Assembly: GCA_964057225.1 (NCBI GenBank)
Contig: OZ059898.1
Span: forward strand, 10,664,001-10,728,000
Direction: 5' to 3'
Origin: Auanema rhodensis
Lineage: Eukaryota; Animalia; Nematoda
DNA: 64,000 nucleotides
Shown piece after piece: positions 9,175 to 22,399 of this stretch; position 1 is the stretch's first letter, and each line of letters opens with the position of its first letter. The notes under the pieces are model-generated. The model did not search any database. It was not told the origin of the DNA and saw nothing but the letters and a program-made list of their open reading frames with translations. The position numbers and the translations under genes were made by a program.

Positions 9175-9331
9175 CTATATAGTGAACAAAGGTTCAGGCA
9201 ATCATCGTAGCATGATATAGGTATTCGAAATCACAAAATCTATATGAATAGAAATTTATTTAAAGGTATATTTAAATATAAGTCCAACAACAGATTAAAA
9301 ATTCCCCGCAACATGACAGAAAACAAAGTGC

Positions 9332-9649
9332 TTATGCCACTACATCGATCAACTCAGGTGGTAAAGTAGCTTTTGGATGTTTATTTTGAAAATGTTGTTT
9401 ATATGTTTTTGGATCTGGCATCTGAGCCTAGAAATATACATTAAAATAACAGTTTTGACTTTAAAAAAATCGAACCATGCATACAGTGCATTTGTGAACT
9501 AATGCTTTTAAGGCAGCACTCTTTTGATCGCAACCTTGAGCCCTCTTTGCATCCGCCGCTTTCTTCGCAGCTTTCTGAAGATCAATTTAATAACTTCAAT
9601 ATTTTAGACGAACCTGTTGAGACTGAATTTTCTGTTGCCCTCTAGCCAT
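9332..9649 (-). CDS. ZNF706: Zinc finger protein 706 homolog (3 exons)
   Basis: MARGQQKIQSQQ|KAAKKAADAK...KALVHKCTVCM|AQMPDPKTYKQHFQNKHPK. Confidence 0.93.
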
Positions 9650-10019
9650 GTATACAGCTGCTATAAACAAGAAACAAATGAATAATAATTACAATTGTTA
9701 TAATATATACACATTTAATGATAATAACCAAACACTAATTGAAAACCACATGGAAATATCAACAAGATTTATTTAAAAACTGGTTGTTCTTTCAATTAAT
9801 ACTGCAAATTTGTCCGAATATCAGGGTGATCGTTGCAGGAGTTTTTAACCAGCTACATTGCGCTTGCACTTAAAGAATAATATGTTCTTGTCTACTTTTT
9901 CGTTTGCTACATGACAAGCTAGAAATACGCACCAACAGAACTGTTGCATCATGATATTCAAAAGACTTTAATAATAAATATGCACAGTAAAATCGGAAAT
10001 GGATTGGGAAATAATCTCT

Positions 10020-10548
10020 TTATAAATCATTCGTTTTGGGCACTTCCATATCTTTAATAATTTCGTATATTGATTGTCTGTTTCTATGATGATCAACTTT
10101 AGAGAGTATATTGGTCATCTGTTTTTGAAATTCTTCATCCTCAGTGTGTGACTGGTTCATTCTCTAAATAATAATTTTCTTAATTTTCTTAATTTTATGG
10201 AAAATACCTCATGGAAACTTTTTCTTCGCTTGTCTCTCTCTTCGCGCTGCTGTTTCAGAACTTCCATCATTTTATCGTTGTGATCTTTTAATCTTTGTTC
10301 CATCTGTGACATGTACTCATTCAAGTGATCGAGTTGGGCATCCAATTTACGAATTTCTGAGTGTTGTATATGTATGAGCAAACTTTAAATCATTAGGAAG
10401 AAATATGTAGAAAAAAAATAATACCTTCGGTTTCCTCATTGGTTTCTCCCTCATTGAGTACATCTAAACCTCTTTGTAAAATCGATTGAGTGTTCCTGTT
10501 ATTTCTCAATTTCACTTTTGCATCGTCATTTGAGCTACTATGATCCAT
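10020..10548 (-). CDS. bbln-1: Bublin coiled-coil protein (C9orf16/UPF0184 family)
   Basis: EIRKLDAQLDHLNEYMSQMEQRLKDHNDKMMEVLKQQREERDKRRKSFHE|RMNQSHTEDEEFQKQM. Confidence 0.8.
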
Positions 10549-10929
10549 ACTAAAATATCAATTTGTATTATAATTTATAAAACGAATCATTTTGTTCAAG
10601 GCAATGAAAAAACATAAATATAACACTCATACAAAATACGAAGCTACGACAGAATCTGATAAATGAGAAAACTACACTAAAGGTCTGAAGAGCACTTTCC
10701 TCAAAACCGGCTTCTCCTTCTTTGATAGACATAGCGAAGACTAATACCAAGAGAAAACATAGATGTACCGTCGCACATTTGGTCCAATCAATACATCATT
10801 CAATAAAACAGGAAACCACGCCTCATGAATCATGTTCATAGTTGATAACAAAAACTTTCGGAAGAAACTATTATCGAAAAATTTTTAAATGAAATGAATT
10901 TATTCATTGAAAAAGTAAATTATCTTAAA

Positions 10930-11582
10930 TTAAGCAAGGCGGAGAATCAAATGCAATCCAGAATCGGTGTCGACAATATCACTGACTTGCCCAATATCGA
11001 GGGCAAAAGACGCATCTTCAAATGGTTTTTGCATCTGTTGCCGACCAAACATCTAAAATGGATGTAACTAGTGCCTTGAACAAACATAAAGCCTACTCCT
11101 AGATCGCCACCACGTTTAGCTGAACTACAATCGCTGAATTCGCCGGCTAGTTTTTTAAATACGGCGTGAGAGTCTCCAGAATCTCTTATTTCTTCTAGGT
11201 ACCCTGCATACCAACAATAGTATAGATGTTAAACCCTGCTTCTAAACCTTGTAGGATTGTTCGTGCATCTTCTTTGGAACGAGTAATATTGTCACTCCGC
11301 CAGCTTGAAGGTCTTCGACTTCCTGCATGTTTTACCAGAATATGAGCACAGCGAACTTCTTTCAAATCATACCCCTGTTACAATTCCGATTATAAGAAAA
11401 CATTGATATTCGAACCTTTACAAATGCAGATTCCGTGGGCCGTTCCCATTGACTACGCCCAGTAGCTTGATTGAAATAGTATGCTTGATCTAAAAACGAA
11501 AAAAATAGCAAAGGAAGGATGAGTTACCATTAGTTCGACTCATTCTTTTCTCCCAGCCCTGTGGCAATTCATTGTCAGACAT
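10930..11582 (-). CDS. pinn-1: Pin1 peptidyl-prolyl isomerase (WW + parvulin)
   Basis: [18 protein letters not shown]...SQWERP...[20 protein letters not shown]...[13 protein letters not shown]...[12 protein letters not shown]...[13 protein letters not shown]. Confidence 0.95.
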
Positions 11583-11695
11583 CTGAAATGAACATTGGAA
11601 CCGAATAACAACAAAAAATAACAGTACGCAATTGTAAATAACAGCTAGTACAGAAGTTATATAATCGTAATATAATAAACGTTTTATTTTCTTAT

Positions 11696-13824
11696 TCATA
11701 TTCTAAGACACTCTGTAAGTTTCTCCATCTTCACTAGTCTTCTCATATCAAATTTTCTCATGTTAATACTGACATAAGCACCATCAAACACCCTTTCTGA
11801 AAATGCCCTGCCTGCTGCCAAAGAATGCATTACATTCCTAAAAATATTAACGTTTATAAAAATAATGTTTTTACACCTTGATCCAAAACCACACATCATG
11901 TGGAGATTATTATAGAGCGGATGTTCACCAATTATAGGAGATGAATCAAATACATTTATAGACTCTTCGGTTAAAAAAGCTGATTTAATCTGTAGAAAAG
12001 ATCAAATTATACTTTATTTCGCGTGAAATAACACTTACAACAGCAGATTTGAAGGAAGGAATTCTGTTTTCAAGAACCGGTGCAATTTCATTGAAATAAG
12101 AATCATAATCAACTTTTTCATGACTCTTAATCTTGATCTTAAAGTGAAGAGAATGATTGGAAACAAAAATAGGACTTGCTTTATTCGTGATATGCCTGCC
12201 AACTATGAATGTGTGACCGATATCGGCTCTCTGACAATAAACACCAGACTGATCCAAAAACATGGGCATATCATTAGGAACATCTGGAGCATGCAAAACA
12301 AACTTTGGGAGCTTCACGGATCTAATGGGAATAGGTATAGCTAGAAGCCCCTTGCCCTTACCTAAATATTTTATTTTTGTACATCATACCAAGATCTTTT
12401 AAGTTACTACCTATTCCCGCCATTTCGGCTACAGCGCCAGCCCATGGTCCTGCCGCATTAACGATCAAATGAGCACGGATAGGGCGCGCAGACGCGTCTG
12501 TCATTTGAGGCTTGACCTAAAATAGCAACAATATATTCGAAAAATAAATCAAAACTTACATAAACACCTGTAATTCTTTGAGATCTCCATTTTTCATCAT
12601 CGGCAATATCCATATCCGTGACGCTATGAGCTTCTGCCTTTGGTCGCAATCGCTCAAATTCAAAACCTTGAACTTGACCTTTAACATACTATAAACAATT
12701 ACATGTATAATAATCAAGAAAGTGATTTATATAGCAACACAAAAAACTCACTTGCACACCTAGTGTTATGTTTTTCTCTCTTAAAGCAGCTAAAAGCTGC
12801 CATGTATTAACAATTCCTTCATTTTCCAAACCTTTAAAGAGTTAAGGATGAGCTACATTAGTAAAGTACCTAAAGTTCCTAGAACAACGTTATCAAAATT
12901 CATGAATGGGTAACGCTCTTGAAGCTCGTCTTTTTTCAACAAAGCTATTCGAGCTCCCTTTTCACTTAAATAAAGATTATTTTGGGGTAAATGATTACAA
13001 ACATACATTTGGATTTTCCAGATCTCACGCATTCGATCAGCATCCGCTTCTGTATGAGCAAGTTGAAGAAAACCCATAGGTAATATATTTATATGTGGGG
13101 CTTGGTTATCTAATGTATTTTGTTTTTATTTCACTGCTATCTTACAAACCTAAAATTTGCAAATGTTCACCGGCATGCCTCAAAAATTCAGCTGTGAAAA
13201 GCGACATCTCAATATGTTCGGGAATGGAAAATTGTTGGGTGAAACTTCCAATAGCGTTCATGGAGTTACCATCCATAAAATTAGAATTGTCTTCTACAAC
13301 TACAACCTATAATTGTCAAAACAATCTTCCATAAATATATTTATCTTAAGATAGAGACATTTCTTGAAATAAAGTAAAAATAACCTTCAAATCCTCATCC
13401 CGAAATCTTTGTTTCAACCAATAAGCCGTTGATGAACCTGGGAAAATTATTTATATTAAGAGGTATAAAAAACCATAAACTGAACCAGTTAGACCGCCAC
13501 CAATAATCAAAATTTCAGCACGAAATGGAAAAACTTCATTATCAATGACAGAACGTTTCATATGCGCAATTGGATTTCTTCTTCGGAATGAATCTTTTCT
13601 AGCCTATTACTGTATTTTTTATAACATTATATTTATAACCTTACTTCCAAATATCTTCGTTTCCATCTTCGAAAGTCATATGTAAGTCCATGCCATGTAC
13701 GCTTTAAAACATCTTCTCCAGGCTCATAATGACGCTCATTTTCGAAGCTTTGCCAGCACGAGACAGAACTAGTGCATATTGCTCGAGAAGGTATTATACT
13801 TTTGCAAATGGGAAAAGCTTTCAT
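11696..13824 (-). CDS. FOXRED1: FAD-dependent oxidoreductase domain-containing protein 1 (start codon uncertain)
   Basis: IIGGGLTGSSTAYWLKQ, GSFTQQFSIPEHIEMSLFTAEFLRHAGEHL, NAAGPWAG, PIIGEHP...MMCGFG motifs across ~10 exons. Confidence 0.88.
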
Positions 13825-14332
13825 TAACGGTTCTACTGTTAAAACTGCGATTTTCAAACAATGCACACTTGTTCTACTAAAACTATAGAATTTAATTGAT
13901 TAAAGGCTTTGAAAAATATACATGCGATTTTAATTAAATATTACTCTCACTTATGTACAAAACCATTAGCAATTGAGAACGACAATAAAATGATTTTAAA
14001 TTTACAAAATTAAGTATCTAATTCAAACAAAAAGCAAATGTCCAATCTAATTCAGTTTAAAATGTAAAGGCTGTCCTCTCAGCCGATGTATTATATGAAC
14101 CATATACAAATCCCACTGGCGCATACTTTGTGCTTGTACTTTACCCGAGTTTATGAAATAAATTAAGTATCCTGTACAATTTCACCAGTTTAATTTGCAT
14201 AGTAAATTAAGAAAAATATTTTTATTTATACTTGATAAACTACTGTTTTATATATATTTTTATATTTCCTAATCTTTTGCTAAACATGTTTCATTTTACT
14301 TTAATTCAGATTTTTTACGTTTTAAAATATAT

Positions 14333-17300
14333 ATGAGTGTGCTTGATGGCTATGAACTATGGAGGGATTGCATACGCTGGCTTGTAGATGTAAATGTTCT
14401 ATTCAACGATCATAAAGTGGCCCAACCTTCTGCTACTATTGAAGAATTTGCGGCTTTACTAAGGTATACTGACAAATGTAGTAATAATAACTTTTTGATG
14501 ATTTTTTTTGTGTAGGGATGGAGTACTTTTGTGCCACTTAATAAATCAATTAGTTCCTAATACCATTGATCCTAAGCATATCCCATTCAAAGTTCATCAC
14601 TTATCCGAGGTAATTTATTTTTCTGCTATATAATTTATATTGCTATAGTTTCAATGCGAAAAAATTATTTGTTTGTTTCTGGATGCTGCCCAAAAAGTTT
14701 TTCTGCTGGATCAGGCTGATTTATTTGTAGCTTGGGAATTGTATTGTATGACCGATTTTATGAAGGTTCTTCTACCGTTTGATTCTTAATAGAAATATGA
14801 TTTTAGGTATTAAAAACATTATCTTGCATATCTAAGTCAAATATATGTAAACGATTAGGAAAAAGGTGTTTTCAAATATAATTTTGTTGTCTAATTTATT
14901 TTTAGACCATTTCCATATAATGATGTGCAAGATTCAATTCTCGCACCGCTAGAAGAAGAGGAAATTTACAAGTAATATTCTCGTTTAGCTAATTTATGAT
15001 ATTTATTTTTAGGAATTTGCAGGAAAAAGTTGAAATCGACAATAATGATTTTAGTTATCGTCCTCTGTAATGTATGTTTCTTAACCCCATGATAATAGTT
15101 TATTTCCAGTGCTGAAGAAGATGATAAAATATATGATCATTTTGTGGCTCGACAAGATAGTGTTAGAAGCTGGGAAAACGATGTTTGTTTTGTTTCGGAT
15201 TGGCGTAATAAGTGAACAAATTTCAGAGTTGGTCGTCTTTTCAACCTGTTTCTAAAAGGGAACATTCTATCAAAGAGTTACTTGATACTGAGAAAAACTA
15301 TGTAGAAAAAGCTTTAAATATGATTATGACCAAATTTCATGCTCCATTAAAGCAGTTTTTTAATGATCCTAAGGATCATGAAATTGTTTTCATGAATATA
15401 GCTGTAAGAATTGATACGAAGAGCTGCATAATCGAAATATCTTCCAGGAATTGTGGACATTACACCAAACGTTTTACATTGATTTGCAGCATGCTGTATT
15501 TCGCACTTTAAAAATAACTACTAATGATATTCGTCCACCATTTTTAGGGAAATATATTGGGGATGTGTTTCTACAGTAATTATCATGGTTGTCCGACGTT
15601 CTGTGATTAAAACATTACAGACACAAGGAAAAGTTCATTGCTTATGGTCGATATTGTATGTTACTAGATGATTCAAGGAGGAAATTAATAGATATTGAGC
15701 GAACCGATTCAGTACTACGAGCTAAAATACATGTCGCATTACAACTTCAAATAGTTTTGATTATTATGATGTTTCAGTCATGTACAGAATTGGTGAATGA
15801 TAACCAATTCAAGCTTCAAGATTTATTATGCATTCCAATGCAACGGGTACTCAAATATCATTTATTACTTAAGGTATTCTGTCCTTATTTATTCAATCTA
15901 ACATTGGAGCACTCAGGAAATGTTAAAAGCAACATTGGTGGAATCACCTGATCGCAACTCACTGGAGCAAGCAAAAGATGCAATGGAAGATCTAAGCCAA
16001 TATGTTAATGAGATGAAACGAGATTATGACGATATGTTACTCATAAAAGAAGTTGAACGTAGTATCATTGATCTTTGCATGGTTTGTGTTTTTCAAATAT
16101 GTTAGAAACTTTAGTATGTATAGCCAGCTGATACTAGTTTATTGGAATATGGGCGATTAAACACGGATTGTGAAGTTAAAGTTAGTGAATCCATAGATAA
16201 AACACAGAGTAAACAGAAAAATCGTCATGTTTTTTTGTTTGATAAAGTTCTATTTATTTGCCAAACGAAACGGGTAAACACGTTTTCCAATTAACAATTA
16301 ATTGAAATTGAAATTAAGGGGAATGTATATTCTTACAAAGGCGCATATCTGGTTCACGAATTGAGTATAGAGCATACTGAAAATCGGTTTGGAACTCTTC
16401 GGTACCCAATATTTTAAGACATAAATTGAATACAGGTTTTATTTGCAGGAACTTCAGCTCAAGCAATAAATATCAGGTTCATTTATTAAGAGAAACATCA
16501 GATAAGGATAAGAATTCGGGAAATTCTAATACGGAGCCTGTACGGTATATAACCCTTAGTTTTAAAAACGCGAATCAAATGGATAAGTGGATAACTCAAT
16601 TTCACCTTAGCAGGTTTATATTATATAAGCGGAAATGTGAATTTACATATTTGCTTTAGAGATAATGTTTTTCCCCAAGCAGCTATTGCTACTCGGCATA
16701 AAGCCAAGTTCCGTACTTTTCTAACCAATGAAGCTCACTTCTGTAGTATATGTAATAAATTTTTAAAAGGACAAATGTTTCAAGGATATTCTTGTGACTG
16801 TAAGTTTTAATAATATAGGCGTTGATAGAATGCACTTCAGGTTGTGGTGGGATTTTTCATAAAGCTTGTTTGGGTCTTAGGTCTTGTCTTGGAAAACGAC
16901 TACCTTCTATTACGGCTAACGCGTCATTTAGTGTAAATGATAATTCTTATAGAAAACGGATTGAATCCTGTCAGTTTTCATTGTTATCTGCTTTTTTTAC
17001 TTTTTTATTTCTCAGTTGATTCCGGTGAACACGTTATGACTATAAATCGTAGTTTATCGTTGGATCCTCTATTTTTAAACTTCGAAAAAGATGATGTTAT
17101 TGAAGTCGTCCAATCTCATGATGACAGGACTTTTCGTGTACTCCCTGTTTAACCATTTGTTCTCTAGTGCGTTTTTCAGGGACGACACCTAAATTCAAAT
17201 TTATATGGATTGGTGCGACTGGATGATGTACGTCGCATAAGGGTGGGTTTATTGCTTTTAGTATTTTCAATAATGCTAGACTGTAGGTCAACTCTCTCGT

Positions 17301-18209
17301 GGGCAATTTTGATTCATTTACTAATCCAAATGTAAATTCTTCATCGGATTTAGGAACATTTACCAGCGCTACTCGTATCGACCGAAAAGAATCTACAATT
17401 CTTCCCCGTCGGCCGTTGTTGGGCTTCTAAAAATTAAACTAGTATGAAAATAATTTTTTTAGAACGACACCAACTCACCAACTTTCGAATTATCAAAACA
17501 CTAACGTTTTGCATGAAACATATTATGTTGGTGAAATGCCGAGACAAGAAGCTGAATCAAAACTAAAAAACACAGTAAATGGCACATTCCTAGTCCGATT
17601 TAGTACCAATCAAAATCGATATGCAATTAGTATCAGGTAAAAATATATCCCTATACTATGATAATTTGGTTTACAGTTACATGGGTGATGTTAAGCATAC
17701 AATAGTAGAAGAAAGAGCAGGAGAATTTTTTTTTGATGAAGTCTGTAAATTTCCAAGTATTGTGGTACACTTTAGTTTTCGTTTTCTTTTTAAAAATTTA
17801 ATTTAGGAATTAATTAATTACTACAGAAAAACTAGCTTATCTGAATGCTTCGAATTACTCAACACCGAGTTGAGGGAGCCCTATAGAGAATGCAGAGTAC
17901 GTTTATTTTGCTTTTTTTTATTAATTATTAATTACCAGATCTTTTTTTCACGTAACTTTAATTTTTTCTAGGTGTTTTGTGCTATTCATGATTATGATGC
18001 ATCAGAAGGAAAGTTTTTGAGGCTACGAAAAGGTGATATTGTACATTTGATTGACACAACTGGGGAAGAAAGAGGCTGGTGGAAAGGAAGAATCAACGAT
18101 GGATTAGAAGAAAGGGTAAAACGATTAAATACGATTTTTTTAAATTACATAAATTTTAATTAAGGTTGGATTTTTCCCTAAAAGCTATGTTGAAGAATAT
18201 AATAGCTAG
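14333..18209 (+). CDS. vav-1: Vav Rho/Rac GEF (CH-DH-PH-C1-SH2-SH3)
   Basis: YELWRDCIRWL..LRDGVLLC (CH); ELLDTEKNYV..LQDLLCIPMQRVLKYHLLL (DH); FLFDKVLFIC (PH); C1 cysteines; NGTFLVR (SH2); AIHDYDA..GWWKG..GFFP (SH3). Confidence 0.95.
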
Positions 18210-18483
18210 TTCCATTATCTGTAGTTTGCCCCTAGTTAAGATCTCACTCTTATCTATTTGTACTTTGTTTACAACAAATTAACACATATTTTCTTTGTAA
18301 ATAAGATATTTATGTTTTTATCATTAAAAATGTATTATTTATACGGTTACCGATTGCCTTAAACAATTTATCCACGTTTTAATTGGATTTTTTTTGGTTC
18401 TTTCCGCTTAAGATATTAGATGCTTTACTACAATTATTTAACTTAAGATTTGTATTTATTAAAATAAATATTTAGGATTAAAC

Positions 18484-18868
18484 ATGAATATAAGTCAGGA
18501 GCATTTAGAAAAACAATTCATTTCTTCGGGTGAACGAGATCGTGTGAAGGTGGATTAAACCAAACTATTTCTGATAAATTACATTATTTTTGAAGGCAAT
18601 TCTTGTAGAACGTTTAAAAAGTGAAGGATGGGCTGATGAAGTTAAGCAACTTATTCGGAAAGAAATCATGGAGCAGGTAAGCAAGGTGCAATCATATTTG
18701 CACCTGTATCTTGTTTTACTTCAGGGAATTAAAAATCTGGATTCTAATGCTTTGTATGATAAATTGAAAGCTCCAGCTAGAAGATTAGTTTCCAATTCTA
18801 CTAAAGAAGAATTATTCAAATCAGTTCGACAATGGGTCTCGGAACAAACCGGAGTCACGGACATTTAA
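18484..18868 (+). CDS. ENY2: ENY2/Sus1 transcription and mRNA export factor
   Basis: LEKQFISSGERDRVK|AILVERLKSEGWADEVKQLIR...ARRLVSNSTKEEL. Confidence 0.85.
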
Positions 18869-19013
18869 TTTTGAATATGATTACTATTAACTTTTTACAA
18901 TATCATTGTATGTTTTTATCTACTTGAGATAATCAGATATAAATTGATTCTCTATTAGTATGTCAAGGTTGCACATTGGAAAATTTTTGGGCAATTTTTT
19001 GTCTTTGATAAAG

Positions 19014-19106
19014 ATGTCTGTTCCTACGGTTGTAAGAACGGCTTCTGTTGAAGATGAAGCTTGTTCTTATATCCCGGATGTCAAAATAATTAAGCCAAAG
19101 GTAATT
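19014..19106 (+). pseudogene. Orphan duplicate of rml-3 first exon (breakpoint duplication)
   Basis: MSVPTVVRTASVEDEACSYIPDVKIIKPK|gt with no downstream exons on +; near-identical to 20629-20715 on the minus strand. Confidence 0.85.
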
Positions 19107-19926
19107 CATGCCTCTGTGTCAGTTCTTATATGTCAATTCTCATATGTATTTGTTTGCCCTTGCAATTAATTAGAATACTTTCATTTAGATCCAAAGGGAA
19201 TAGTTCTGAATATATGTTTGGAGACATGAGCAAGAATTTTGTCTATATTAGTTATAGCATTTTTTTTAAATTGCAAAAAATCATTTATTTGGTTTAAAAA
19301 ATTGAACTTAATGGAACTCTGGGGAAAGAAGAGATGGTCTAAAAAAATCATGTCATATACTTTGATTTTTTGAAATTCTAGTTTCACTAGGTATTTTTAA
19401 ATAAAATATCAAACTAAAGATAAACATAGAGCATTATGCATGCATTGATACATATTAAAGGTGATTTTAAAAAAAGATATATAAAAAGTCTGGTGATATT
19501 GACACGTTAACCTCCAGGGTTAGATTAAGATGAATTTAGAAAAAACAGAATATTTGCGAATCGGACGGTAAAAATATTTGATTTCAGTAAAGATCAGAAC
19601 TTTCTATTGGAATATTACTAATTTTACCACATATTTTACTGACGGATTACAGGAAACATGTTGATGCATCTGCAAATTTAAAAATTAATATATACATAAC
19701 ATGTATATATTAGTTTTCTAAACTTAATTTTACTAAATTCATAAACAAATTATCATTATTCCGTTTATAGTGTTATAGATCATTAATAAAAAATTTAAGC
19801 AGTTTTTTGTTAACAATATTATCAAGTAGTACGTAATGATATTACATTCATATTACATATTGTATAATTTATTTCTTTTCATCAAATAACACACGTAACA
19901 TACACGTCGTCCACCATGCTGGCAAA

Positions 19927-20715
19927 TCATGGGAACATTTCCTTCAAGTTTTTATGCAGTGTGTCACGCTCACTAATTATGAGTTTTTCAGGGTCTGTGA
20001 TTGGCCACTTAACTTCTATATTTGTATCAAAAGGGTTGATTCCTAAAAATTAATGTTCTCAATAAATTTTTACTACTATACCAAATTCTGTCTGGGGGTT
20101 GTATGTACTGGTACATTTATAGGTAACGTGTGCACCTTCAGATGATAGGCACTGAAATAATCTAAAGTTAAAATTGCAACATCTTAGTAATGTTACTTGA
20201 AATCCGTGCAAAAAACCATCAGGAACCCAAAGACAATGTTTATTTTCCGAATTCAAAATTGTACCGAACCATTGTCCAAAAGTTGGACTACTTTTTCGGA
20301 TGTCAACAGCAACATCAAATATTTCTCCTTGTATCTATATGAAAGTATTTAAAATAATTACAAGATCAAATATATACTGACAACTGAGACTAGTTTGCCC
20401 ATGCCATTCTGTGCGTGGAGCCCTCTCAAAACACCAAAGCGAGAAAACGAGTGATTGTCCTTAGAATCGGATGAAAAGTTCAATGATAGTTCCTCGTACC
20501 TGCTTAAAGTTTTCGTTGAAATCAATTTTATCAGCCCACTCTTCCTTATTATAAGTTTCAGCGAAAAAGCCTCTTGAATCAGGGAATACCTACAAAATTG
20601 TATATAAAATTTAAAAAGCATAAATTACCTTTGGCTTAATTATTTTGACATCCGGGATATAAGAACAAGCTTCAACTTCAAAAGAAGCTCTTCTTACAAC
20701 CGTAGGAACAGACAT
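19927..20715 (-). CDS. rml-3: dTDP-4-dehydrorhamnose 3,5-epimerase (RmlC-like); possible in-frame upstream ATG at 20769
   Basis: IIKPK|VFPDSRGFFAETYN...Q|DNHSFSRFGVLRGLH...GEIFDVAVDIRKSSPTFGQW...WVPDGFLHGFQ|...HVTYKC...GINPFD. Confidence 0.93.
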
Positions 20716-21521
20716 CTTTATGAAAGACAAAAAATTGCCCAAAAATTTTCCAATGTGCAACCTTGACATACTAATAGAGAATCAATTTATATCTGATTAT
20801 CTCAAGTAGATAAAAACATACAATGATATTGTAAAAAGTTAATAGTAATCATATTCAAAATTAAATGTCCGTGACCCATTGTCGAACTGCTTTGAATAAT
20901 TCTTCTTTAGTAGAATTGGAAACTAATCTTCTACATTGTAAAAAGTTAATAGGTGACTCCTGTTTGTTCTGAGAAATGTTGATTAGAATAATTCCTACCG
21001 AGTGAAAGTACTAGTTTGTTATGAATAAAGAATAATATAAGATGTTATGTTTGATCGGCTATTATATGTACAATATATATGCATAAGAAATTAGTTAATA
21101 CAATCTTCTATATGATCTAGCAGAAAAATAAAATATAAACTAAAAATGTTATTTTACAATTGGAGGTGAACAATTCTACTGAAAACTGTTTTTAATGTTT
21201 TTAAATGTTGTTTTAAATCATTTAGATTCATTTTATTATCAGGTTGCAATTGTACAATAAAAAGTATATTTATAGTAAATATGTATTCAATTTATTTAAT
21301 GGTAACTTAAACAAACCCATGCGGATTAATTGATATTCTTTTAGTTTTATTATACATGTTAAAGATTTGAAATAAAAAATTGTATTTATCACGTTTTCAA
21401 ACCATAAGCTTAGCCTACAAATCATAATATTCAATGTAGTGTGTATGACATTTCTTTAAAACTGCGCAATATTCGAAAACATTCGATACATTTATCAACT
21501 TATAAATTTACAAAATTATAA

Positions 21522-22399
21522 CTATTTGTTGAAAACTCTAGGACCACCTCGTTTAAAACGAGATAAGCATTGAGATTGTACCCGATGTAAACTGGAAACA
21601 TCCACGCTAAAAAATAATAACATGAATCGATACACAATATATTTACCTTTCCCTCTCCTTCAGGTATTCTTTTTCTCTCCAAAGTTTTTGCATCATGTAC
21701 GCGTCATCATCAACATACGGTATCTTAGTGAAGAAAACAAGACTACAAAAGATAAAAAGAGAATTATTACCTCGACTTCTATAACTTTAGGATCTGCTTG
21801 ACTATAGTGTTCTGTGCTCTGTTTTTGATATGTAAATCCCATAATGGAAGTAACAGTGCGAACTGGTGCGTCTGAGCTTTCACCTGTTTCCAAAGTGTAA
21901 TATGCGTTATTTCTTTCGTGTACTACTTGTTCGATATTTCCCATTGTCTAAGTATTATAACACTGATATTTACAATAACATAACAAAATATCAATTACTT
22001 CTTTAACTCTATCAAGTCTTTCTGGGTTAGGCATGTACTTGGCGTGATCAGCGTAAGCAGCTTGCATAGTTAATAGCATGTTTCTTTCTTTTAAACATAC
22101 ATACCTATAATAAATCAAACTGATATGTAACTCATATTATCTATTACCATAATTTATGAACATCACTATTTGACTTCAGCCGTAATTCTTCAATTGTCCA
22201 GGATCTACCAGGTCGCTTCTTTGGTCGAAGCTCTGATTTTCCAAAATTAGCCTCATCATCGAAAAATTGTTTAAACACAACATTTCCTCTCTTCAAAAAT
22301 AAATTTGGGAGCAAAGATTGTCTGAATATTTACTCACATTTGATTAATCAACTTTTCAAACCTGTACAAATTATTTACAATTCTTGAGGCACCCAACAT
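21522..22399 (-). CDS. mrpl-47: Mitochondrial ribosomal protein L47 (uL29m)
   Basis: QFFDDEANFG...[35 protein letters not shown]...PNPERLDRV. Confidence 0.9.

Larger units (their letters stand above)
18778..20933. repeat. Inverted duplication, arms ~18778-19111 and ~20618-20933
   Basis: The ENY2 3' end, intergenic spacer and rml-3 exon 1 are present twice in opposite orientation. Confidence 0.9.

Noticed and set aside
19927-20715. Bacterial contamination suggested by an RmlC-like gene
   Set aside because: The gene has five spliceosomal introns and is embedded among nematode genes
21400-21425. taagcttagccta as a second elimination motif
   Set aside because: Lacks the GGC half and palindromic flanks, and there is no change in sequence character on either side
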